From the NCBI GenBank assembly GCA_964187785.1, contig OZ076413.1, positions 66,898,001-66,962,000 of the forward strand: a DNA stretch of 64,000 nt. The letters are read 5' to 3'. Below, one piece after another: positions 37,143 through 47,389 of this stretch (its first letter is position 1; the number at the start of each line of letters is the position of its first letter). Under the pieces are notes generated by a model. The model did no database searches, was not told the DNA's origin, and saw nothing but the letters and a program-made list of their open reading frames with translations. The DNA comes from Amphiscolops sp. MND2022 (Eukaryota). Position numbers and translations under genes: made by a program.

Positions 37143-37355
37143 CTGGTGACTCGTTTGGTAGTCGTGTTGGATTCTTCTTCGGAGTCTTCTTCGCTGCTTC
37201 CCTCTTCACTTGACGACCCTTCCTCTTCCTTGCCAGCTTCTGGCTGTGGTTTCTCAGGCACTTTCTGGATGTCCGGACTAGTGGGCGTATCCCCACTGGG
37301 TCTCTTCACCGGCTCCACGAATGTTGTCTTCAGAAGAGTTGTCTTAGAAGGCTTC
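37143..37355 (-). CDS. Host gene exon 4: (E)KPSKTTLLKTTFVEPVKRPSGDTPTSPDIQKVPEKPQPEAGKEEEGSSSEEGSSEEDSEEESNTTTKRVT
   Basis: Acceptor GGTGTTTTAG, donor CAG|GTAATA. 213 nt, phase 2-2, open frame. Confidence 0.75.
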
Positions 37356-37877
37356 CTAAAACACCCCCAATTGGTTATTAGTCAGAAAAAGATGGAAACT
37401 AGTTTATTATAGTGATGGAGCAGTCTATAAATTATGTGCTTGTTGACACCCCAGTAGTTGGGGGTGAATAAACCCAATACAACATAAAATGGTTGGGACC
37501 ATAGATTGGGTCCCAGAAGATATTATAGAAAATGTTTTGGTACCGCGGGGAATTTAAACAGGCGAGGTTAAAGCAAACACTTCAAATAAACCACGACGAG
37601 CAAATTAAGTGAAAACGGTTTATTCTAAGGTTATTAATTTGAAGTAAGGTTGCAAGCACCCACTCCAAACGAGGATTAAAAGTGATAGAGAATTATAGTT
37701 ACAAGATCAACAGGAAAACTGAAACGCGTTAATATTTGAAATGTGTTTGAAGTTGTGGGGCAACCATGCACACTGATGCCCAAAGGACGTCTGTTATTAC
37801 ACCTCCGAGTATGCGCATCATAATGATAAAGTCAAAATATTGACTTTGAAATTATGAGACAAATATGTTGCGGAGTA

Positions 37878-38050
37878 CACTCAACTCCGCTTATAACGAT
37901 TGCCCGGGACCGGCGTTTTTAATCTTTATATCCGAATATCGTTATAGGCGAAAATCGTTATATACTAGCATCGTGGTCGGGGACCATGAAACTCTATCGC
38001 TATAACCGGAATATCGTTATAAAAGTAATCGTTATAAACGGAGTTCAGTG
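37878..38050. mobile_element. Tc1/mariner (pogo-like) MITE, 173 bp
   Basis: TA|CACTCAACTCCGCTTATAACGATT ... AATCGTTATAAACGGAGTTCAGTG|TA. Confidence 0.8.
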
Positions 38051-38398
38051 TACTGAGAACGACCCAACCAACGCTCTCAAGAATATCTACTCGAATGTTT
38101 TGAAAAAAAAATCAGACAAGATAGCTCCGACTATAGCTCAATAAAGACCAGTCTCTGCCGAAGAAGAGCGAAACTGGTACCTCATGTTCCTGAAAGGTTG
38201 AGTCAAGTTGCAATCAACGGCCGCTGGAAAAGAACTTGGTCTGGCAACGTTTTTTTACACCATGACCCAGAAATTGGTGTGACTATCTTCGCAACTAATG
38301 AAGTGTTACCAGTTCTCTCGGAATGCGAAGATGTTCTCTGTTATGGAACATTTGAAGCCTCCCCACTCCCGTATAGCCAACTGTAAGTCAGTTTTGGG

Positions 38399-39511
38399 GT
38401 AATCCTTAAATATCCAGGTCCAAACCGCCTGACACTTAAATATCCAGGTCCAAGGCTTTGTTTGACTTTCACTTTTCTCACACCTAAAGCGTGAATTACA
38501 AACTCAGCACGTCGCATTACATTTTTCGCATATGGAACTTTATCCTACGGACTTCCTGGTCTACTGTGCCTCAAACGAGTGTAGTATGCGTTTTTTGCAA
38601 GTAAAGGGGATTTTACAGGACCAACCCCCCTATCCAACGTACGAGGCCCCTATGGCATTGGTTAAAGATGCGAGTACGCAACTTGATGGATTTCGGTGGA
38701 GGTGCCGTATACATCGAAATGACAAAAGTTCTGTTAGGGATGATAGTTGGTTAGCAGATAGTCGGTTAACGTTCCAACAGTTTATTATAACTGCTTATTT
38801 TTGGTCAGTGGGTATTCAGAATCATCAAATTATTTCCATGCTGAATCTCTCTGAATCAACTGTGGTTCAATATTTCCAATATTTTCGTGATGTCTGCTCT
38901 CACTGGTTACTGGAAAATCCCATCCAACTGGGTAGAGTTGCTTATACTGTTCAAATTGACGAAAGTTTGCTCTCCAAGCGTAAAAACAACCGAGGACATA
39001 TTTTACCACAACAGTGGATTTTTGGGATTTATGACGTTGAAAAAAAGTTGGATATTTACGAAAGGTACAAGATCGGTCGGCAGCTACCCTATTGCCGATA
39101 ATCCAAGAAATCGTTCTCCCAGGGACCGTGATTCACTCCGACGAATGGGCTGCGTATAACGGAATAGCGACTCTTCCAGTGGTTCCCCCTTATATTCATC
39201 AAACTGTAAATTATTCCGTTTTTCGTCGGGCGTACACACTAATGACATCGAGGTGTTTTGGAAAAAAGGGAAAATGAAGCAGAAGTTTATGTCAGGGACC
39301 ACACCTGGCATGCTGAGTGGATATTTGGACAATTTTATGTGGAGGCAGTACCATGGTAAAAAGTCGAATGAGACTTTCTTGAAGTTGCTTAAGCATATAA
39401 GCGAGTGGTATCGAAAGTGAAAATTTTATTTTTGACACTTTGAAACTGTTTTCTACAAGAAAAATTAGTGGACCTGGGTCAAATTTTTGAAACTGGATAT
39501 TTAAGGATTAC
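38399..39511 (+). mobile_element. Merlin (IS1016/ISXO2-like) DNA transposon, copy 1, frameshifted transposase from 38532
   Basis: TIRs GTAATCCTTAAATATCCAG / CTGGATATTTAAGGATTAC; TSD GTTTTGGG / GTTTTGGA; motifs [39 protein letters not shown]. Confidence 0.88.
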
Positions 39512-39676
39512 GTTTTGGAATATGGCACGAACGTTGCCTATTTTTAGTAAATTGGTGTGACTATCTTCGCAACTAATGAAGTGTTACCAGTTCTCTCGGA
39601 ATGCGAAGATGTTCTCTGTTATGGAACATTTGAAGCCTCCCCACTCCCGTATAGCCAACTGTAAGTCAGTTTTGGG

Positions 39677-40078
39677 GTAATCCTTAAATATCCAGGTCCA
39701 AACCGCCTGACACTTAAATATCCAGGTCCAAGGCTTTGTTTGACTTTCACTTTTCTCACACCTAAAGCGTGAATTACAAACTCAGCACGTCGCATTACAT
39801 TTTTCGCATATGGAACTTTATCCTACGGACTTCCTGGTCTACTGTGCCTCAAACGAGTGTAGTATGCGTTTTTTGCAAGTAAAGGGGATTTTACAGGACC
39901 AACCCCCCTGTCCAACGTACGAGGCCCCTATGGCATGAGACTTTCTTGAAGTTGCTTAAGCATATAAGCGAGTGGTATCGAAAGTGAAAATTTTATTTTT
40001 GACACTTTGAAACTGTTTTCTACAAGAAAAATTAGTGGACCTGGGTCAAATTTTTGAAACTGGATATTTAAGGATTAC
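39677..40078 (+). mobile_element. Merlin copy 2, with a 711-bp internal deletion
   Basis: Both TIRs are present; the sequence jumps CCTATGGCAT|GAGACTTTC. Confidence 0.85.
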
Positions 40079-40243
40079 GTTTTGGAATATGGCACGAACG
40101 TTGCCTATTTTTAGTAAATTGGTGTGACTATCTTCGCAACTAATGAAGTGTTACCAGTTCTCTCGGAATGCGAAGATGTTCTCTGTTATGGAACATTTGA
40201 AGCCTCCCCACTCCCGTATAGCCAACTGTAAGTCAGTTTTGGG

Positions 40244-41356
40244 GTAATCCTTAAATATCCAGGTCCAAACCGCCTGACACTTAAATATCCAGGTCCAAGG
40301 CTTTGTTTGACTTTCACTTTTCTCACACCTAAAGCGTGAATTACAAACTCAGCACGTCGCATTACATTTTTCGCATATGGAACTTTATCCTACGGACTTC
40401 CTGGTCTACTGTGCCTCAAACGAGTGTAGTATGCGTTTTTTGCAAGTAAAGGGGATTTTACAGGACCAACCCCCCTGTCCAACGTACGAGGCCCCTATGG
40501 CATTGGTTAAAGATGCGAGTACGCAACTTGATGGATTTCGGTGGAGGTGCCGTATACATCGAAATGACAAAAGTTCTGTTAGGGATGATAGATGGTTAGC
40601 AGATAGTCGGTTAACGTTCCAACAGTTTATTATAACTGCTTATTTTTGGTCAGTGGGTATTCAGAATCATCAAATTATTTCCATGCTGAATCTCTCTGAA
40701 TCAACTGTGGTTCAATATTTCCAATATTTTCGTGATGTCTGCTCTCACTGGTTACTGGAAAATCCCATCCAACTGGGTAGAGTTGCTTATACTGTTCAAA
40801 TTGACGAAAGTTTGCTCTCCAAGCGTAAAAACAACCGAGGACATATTTTACCACAACAGTGGATTTTTGGGATTTATGACGTTGAAAAAAAGTTGGATAT
40901 TTACGAGAGGTACAAGATCGGTCGGCAGCTACCCTATTGCCGATAATCCAAGAAATCGTTCTCCCAGGGACCGTGATTCACTCCGACGAATGGGCTGCGT
41001 ATAACGGAATAGCGACTCTTCCAGTGGTTCCCCCTTATATTCATCAAACTGTAAATTATTCCGTTTTTCGTCGGGCGTACACACTAATGACATCGAGGTG
41101 TTTTGGAAAAAATGGAAAATGAAGCAGAAGTTTATGTCAGGGACCACACCTGGCATGCTGAGTGGATATTTGGACAATTTTATGTGGAGGCAGTACCATG
41201 GTAAAAAGTCGAATGAGACTTTCTTGAAGTTGCTTAAGCATATAAGCGAGTGGTATCGAAAGTGAAAATTTTATTTTTGACACTTTGAAACTGTTTTCTA
41301 CAAGAACAATTAGTGGACCTGGGTCAAATTTTTGAAACTGGATACTTAAGGATTAC
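40244..41356 (+). mobile_element. Merlin copy 3 (tandem-duplication product)
   Basis: Offset 1845 bp from copy 1 with only a few substitutions; same flanks. Confidence 0.88.
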
Positions 41357-42663
41357 GTTTTGGAATATGGCACGAACGTTGCCTATTTTTAGTATATTCA
41401 TTCTTCTCTGGAAAGATACTTCACTACCGGACGCTCATTCGAATAATTAGGAGACAAATCAAGAGAAATACAAGCCACGATTGGTTTCCAACAAAATCAA
41501 TTACTGATTACGAGCGTGGAGTTATTTCTACTTTGGAAACAGTTTATCCAACAGTCAGTCATCAAGTATGCTACTTTCACTTCACTCAGGCAGTGTTTCG
41601 ACGATTGCTGCTGAGTTCGGACTACCGCAAATACAGCAGTGAAAAGAATAGGTAGACTATTGATGTCTTCTGCCTATTTAATTTTTATGAAGTCCCAATC
41701 AACTTCACTCTTACTCGATGAAGAAGTGATTGAGACAATGAACCAAAATCCCGAACTGCAATACTTGCTTCGATATTTTTATCGACCATCGACAGAGTTT
41801 CAACTTTGATGTTATTTTCAGATTCTGTCTCTCACACATTTTCGATCATGTCGCTTATGTCATTAATTCATTCGTCGCCCACTTTCTCTCATAGCGTCCT
41901 AGAGGAGTGTACTTGTTCAGCTTCACGTTGATTTATCTTCTGGTATCGACTCCTCCAGTAGTCGGCTTCCAGCCAGAGTACCCGGTGCGCATCTCCTAGA
42001 TGTGTGGCCTCAACATCAAACCTCCAAGTAAAAGTGCATCTGGGTAAACAACCTTCGGGAACAAATGCGCATGGCAATAAAGAAAACCTTGAAGTAATAG
42101 TTTCAAAAGTGGTCCCTGTTGCAACGAGAACAAGAACCCTCGAGACAACTAGCTACTACCGAAGTTATAGCTACTAAACTAGCTGAAAAAGGCGTTTGGA
42201 AACAACGAGTATAGGGCGCGTAGAGGAGAAATGTTGCAGGTCGAACCACTGGTTTCCCTGGAGGTAATTGTCTTTCCCTTTCCCAAGCGTCTTTTGGCTT
42301 TCGGTAGGGTTCGGAATTGTGACATCTGGGATGGTCAAAAATTTTCCACTCGCTGGAATAAAGGACTGTTATGTAACAAACTTTCTGTCAGAGAGGCTAG
42401 GTTCTCATCGAACATCTTGCTTTCCAGTGTTTTCACGTAGCAGCTATTGTTCATCAGTTTACAAAAACCTTCAATTTTTTTGCCTCGTGACATTTCATTG
42501 TGTTCAATTGGATATATTCAATTAAATACTAATTTATTGACTGAGATAGTTGCACTTCCAGTGTGTTCAGAGAAAACGCTTCGTATCTTTTTCAAGATGA
42601 AAATTGCACACAACATACTACTAGTTCAGTTCTGCCTCAAAATCGTGCACAAATTCTACTAAC

Positions 42664-42949
42664 TCTACGAAATCCTCTGAAGTGACAGGTTTGGTGATGG
42701 GACTTCTAGGAGTGGAAGCATCGGGAGCAAAATATTTTTCCACCGTGGGTGATATTCTCCTGTCCAGGGGAAGAGTACTCTTCGAGGTATCGGCGGGAGA
42801 GAAGGCACGTGACATGGGCGAAAGAGGAGACACGGGGTCACAGAAAGAAGTCTCGCTGTGAGTCGGCTTGTCTTGGTCTGAAGTCGGACAGTCCACAGGA
42901 GATTTCGGGTCCTCCAAGTTTTCCATCTCTTTCACAAAGGGTTCGAAAT
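42664..42949 (-). CDS. Host gene exon 3: (D)FEPFVKEMENLEDPKSP...PITKPVTSEDFV, Ser/Pro/Thr-rich
   Basis: Acceptor TTTTCAATACCTACAG, donor GA|GTTAGT. 286 nt, phase 1-2, open frame. Confidence 0.7.
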
Positions 42950-43481
42950 CTGTAGGTATTGAAAATCACCAATAACACATCGATTACCAAAAATTTTGTC
43001 GTCGGTAATTACATTCTACTAAACTTGGTCGCATTTTAGCTTACATACCCATCTTAATTATCGTTATTTGTGCAATAATTATAACTGACTTTCTGTTAAT
43101 TATGGTTCAGAAAAGACGTTTCAAAAATCATTCATAGAAAATCTTTCAATATCGCAGATTTTGCAACACATTTTTGACAGTTGGCTGATAAAATAGTTCA
43201 GGAGTGAAAGCATCCCGTTGTTCAATAAGCGTCTTGATGAGTTGATTGAATGCAATTAACTTCTTGACTCAATTTTGATGTCAGAATTGAATTTGTGCTG
43301 AAGATCTTATTTTAGTGAATTAATAATTGAATAATTAAAATAGTATCTTTCCGTGAACTGTTTGTTAATTCAAATCAATACGACGAAATTTACAATCACA
43401 ACCTCAAGCAGTCACTCAATAATGCTTTCTAAAGTACATGCCAATCAACTTTTCTTGTATGAAAAACGTGGCAAAAGGAAC

Positions 43482-43827
43482 CTTTTGACTCTTTGCTGTT
43501 GCCAGCAGCATTCTCAGACCACAACTTCATGAGCTCGTCGTAAGCAGAGAAGACATTTCCAGGCACCTCTTTGCGTTCCTTCAACACAGTGCCTGGATAC
43601 ATGTTGACAAACTTCTCCATGCCCAGTCTGGTGGCAGCATCTTGCCACTGAGGGGTGATGCACTTCATGACGATATAGGACCAAGGGTCCTCTACAGTTT
43701 TCTTGGGCTCTGCTGCTTCATCCAATGGCAAGTCTGTGGGTTTCTTCACTGCTGGATTGTCAATGTACTCGAAGCTGCCTCCTCGGAGACAATCGATACT
43801 GCCACTGACACTAGCCCCGGCTTCAGT
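43482..43827 (-). CDS. Host gene exon 2, encoding a probable death domain; 3' splice donor uncertain
   Basis: Acceptor TTTTTCATTGTTCAG (phase 0). Death-domain-like pattern ITPQWQDAATRLG...YDELMKLWSEN. The phase-1 donor AAG|GTTCCT is weak. Confidence 0.65.
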
Positions 43828-44049
43828 CTGAACAATGAAAAACATGGCTGAATTATAAGGAAAACGAGAAACACGTAAATTAAAACCAGAATTTTAAATC
43901 ATTACATAGTCCTAGATATGAAAATATTAAATAGCAAAATACAACAAAGTATTCAGACATATAATTAGAAAGGATTTTCACAGACCGAAAACAAATGTTA
44001 CGAGGACGTTAGCCTGTCCTCTTATAGGAGTATTTTTCGAAACAGGTTT

Positions 44050-47000
44050 TCTTATGACCTGGTACAATGGGACCTGTCAAATCAAGATTGGGTAAAATGG
44101 GATGAAAAGTTGGACGAATTGAGTATACCTTATACAGAAAGCCGCTATAGTATGGAAGACCCATTTCAATACTGGGAGCCAATCAAGAGCATACTCAAGT
44201 AAAGTATGTCTGAGACAATGAAAACCAAAATTCTCTCCATACTGGAAAAAGTTCTGGAACCCAAAGCTTAGAGCTCTATCCTTAGAGTTACGAGAATGTA
44301 GAAAACGTCTAAAACAACAAGACAATGAATCAAACATTACAAAATACGAGAGTTTCAAAAAACTTCAAAAATGAATTAAACCAATTTTTTAACAAATGGG
44401 TTGAAGAAAACCTTGAGTTTGAAAAAAAACAAGAGGACCTGTTCTGGGAAAAGTATCACAGTTTACTAGTGGATCGAAGTAAAGCAAGTTTGGGCGCGTT
44501 AGAAAATGAAGAAGGAAGAAAACTGGCAAGATCTCCCGAGGAGAAAATGAAATATTTAAAAGACTCCTTTTTCACCGGAAAACACTTGAGTAACGAAAAT
44601 TTTATTCAGCAAGATCTAACCACAAAAGAAGTTAGGAAATACAGGCTTTCGTCTAAAACACCTTCCTTGGTTAAGGAAATAGCAGCGAACCAACCCATAA
44701 CATCACAAGTAGGAAATTCGTTCATGAAAATCAAAGCAACCTGCAAAGACTTTGACCCGGATGGTTTTCACCCAAAACTGCTGAAGCACTCGGAACCGCA
44801 TTTTCAGCTTCTAACACGGCTCCTTAACAATTCCCTTGATAAAGAAAAGTGGGTCTGAAGAGAAGGTAAAGTCATTTTCCTTCCTAAACCCGGAAAAAGA
44901 CTATATGGAAGCCGATAGCTATCGTCCCATAACGTTACTCAGCGTTGTTGGAAAAATCTTCAATTGCTGAACGAATCAATTTTATATTGCTACAGAACAA
45001 GGTACTTGACGATGTCCAAGAAGTGTTCGGGAAGGGCAGAGGCACTTCCCGAAAGCTCTACAAACTTTTCGCGAAAATCAATCAAAAAAGTGCCACCAAA
45101 AGAAAGCAATTCTAATCGGGAGAGACCTAGAAAAGGCATTTGACAGTGTCGACATAAATTTTTTGACTATTAAACTCATCCAAAGTGGAGTTGTCGAAAA
45201 CTGGCCGGTCTTGTCCACGATTATCTCTAATCGAAAAGTTCAAATTAGAGATAGATTGATCAACAAAGATTGATCTGATTGCCCATCCAAATGCCTAGAT
45301 GAGGCCACCCAAGCGATGAACAAAATTCAAACACGGTGTTTTGAGAACCGTATAAAAATCAATGTCAACAAAACTGTTTTCCGACCAATCAATTTCACAG
45401 ATGAATACAATGCAGTGAAAGACTTCTCTTACGGAAACACGACATTAGTTAGAAACATTCCGATGGTGCAGTTATCGGCGGTAAAAGTGAGGCAATTATA
45501 AATGCAGCAAAAAAGCTGGACAGAATGGGCGAAAGTGAAACAGTACTGTCGGCTGAAATCTGAACTATTGTATATTTTCAGGATAGTACTGCGTTTGTGT
45601 TATACAGCCCAAAATGCTCTACGGCCTCCCTGCTTAGAAGTGGAAACCTGAATAAATTTACCGAAGTACAGAACACATTCTTGCACACCTTAACAGGAGG
45701 CTTCTACAAACCGGCAGTAAGAAACCTCTTGAACTTATGGAAGGAACCTTGAAAGTATTAGGAAAACGAGAAACATGTAAATTGAAACGAAAATTTTAAA
45801 TCATTACATAGTCGTAGATATGAAAATATTAAATAGCAAGAAACACCAAAGTATTCAGACATATAAGTAGAAAGGATTTTCACTGACGGAAAACAAAAAT
45901 GTTACGAGGACGTTAGCCTGTCCTCTTATAGGAGTATTTTTTGAAACAGGTTTTCTTATGACCTGAAAGAATGGGACCTGTCAAAAACTTTTCCGGCCAA
46001 TAAATTTCACAGAAGATGAATACAATGCGGTGAAAGACTTCTTACGGAAACACGAAAATAGTTAGTAACATTCTGATGGTGCAGGAGTTGCCATCGGCGG
46101 TAAAAGTGAGGCAATTATAAATGCAGCAAAAAAGCTGGACAGAATGAGCGAAAGTGAAATTGTACTGTCAGCTGAAATCTGGGCTTTTGTATATTTTCAG
46201 GATAGTACTGCATTTGTGTTATACAGTCCAAAATGCTCTAGGACCTCCCTGCTTGAAAGTGGAAACCTGAATAAATTTACCGAAGTACAGAACGCAATCT
46301 TGCACATCTTAACAGTAGGGTTCTACAAACAGGCAGTAAGAAACCTTGAACTTATGACCAAGATGAAGCCACTGAAGTCCAATTAGAAACGATAACTGAA
46401 ATTTTTATCCAAAGTTCTGACAACATACGATGACCCGAGAAATTTCGTTTTGGAAAACCAGCAGAAAATCCTAAAATCCGTACTGACACTGAAATTCTCA
46501 AACGCTTCCTAGGTTGGAAATTCAAAGTGCGATCAACTAGATCTATAAGTCTGGAGGAGCTGTCTCCTTACACCTTAGCATACATAAAGTCAGAAATCGA
46601 TGCCTATGAAACTGAGCTGTGGAAGAAATCGTGGACATACCAGTGCGAAGTTCCCACAATTCCCCTAGACCATAACATCACCATGAGTAAATCATGCTCA
46701 AGAGAATCTGAGATACTCATTTACCGACTCATTTCTGGTCATTGTAGTTTAAATGGCAATTCAATTAATAATTTAAATGGCAATTTAAAATGTCTTGTAC
46801 AAGATCTGGAAAGCCGAATCTCCGAAATGTACGTGCGGATACAACGAAGAAACTGTCGAACATTACCTCTGCAATTGTATATATTACTCTGAGCAACAAA
46901 AGAAGTGGAGATTAGAAGGCTCCCTCCAAAACGCTCTGCAATCCCCTAATCTGGAACAGTATATCATTGAAACTGGTAGGTTCAATTCTCAAGAGACCCA

Positions 47001-47150
47001 GAAGAACATGAGCGTGAATTAAACTTTTTGTAGCTGCTCACAAAGAGGAGCTTTTTAAAGAAATATATAATTCTACCTTATTGTTATTAAGGCTTCGCAG
47101 CATGTGCTGCATTATGATACATATGCCGCAACGAACTAGCAAGATCTTGC
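44050..47150 (+). mobile_element. Decayed I-group LINE (RT with C-terminal CCHC knuckle), internally rearranged and duplicated
   Basis: PDGFHPKLLK, VIFLPKPGK, SYRPITLLSVVGKIF, DLEKAFDSV; C-terminal RLISGHC..CTCGYNEETVEHYLCNC. 43850-44080 recurs at 45760-45980 and 45360-45730 recurs at about 45985-46350. Confidence 0.75.
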
Positions 47151-47389
47151 TAGTTCGATTAACAGCCAATAAAAACGCGTTATTTCAAATACGCGTTACG
47201 TGTTTTGCTCGTTAAACTGTGAATTGACGGTACGCGTAGTGATCAAAATGCAGTAAATGACTACTTCACACTCTCTACAATTACGTACTTTGACTGGTTT
47301 CCACTTCACACAAGAATGGAAGCATCGTTTAGAGTCATTCCTACTCACGTTGTGTACCAAAATTCTTTACTGGTTTCCACGTTTCTCCT

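Larger units (their letters stand above)
37700..41780 (+). pseudogene. MULE (Mutator) transposase relic split by a MITE and Merlin insertions; boundaries approximate
   Basis: VTIFATNE..VLCYGTF..PLPYSQL at 38200-38390 continues in frame, after removing Merlin and one TSD, into FGIWHERCLFLVY..ITDYERG..CYFHFTQAVFRR at 41360-41600. Confidence 0.75.

Noticed and set aside
43044-43260. Extra exon between host exons 2 and 3
   Set aside because: A strong-looking donor exists near 43044-43048, but the candidate is very AT-rich and needs an unlikely upstream donor. The FNQLIKTLIEQ frame at about 43240 has no usable sites.
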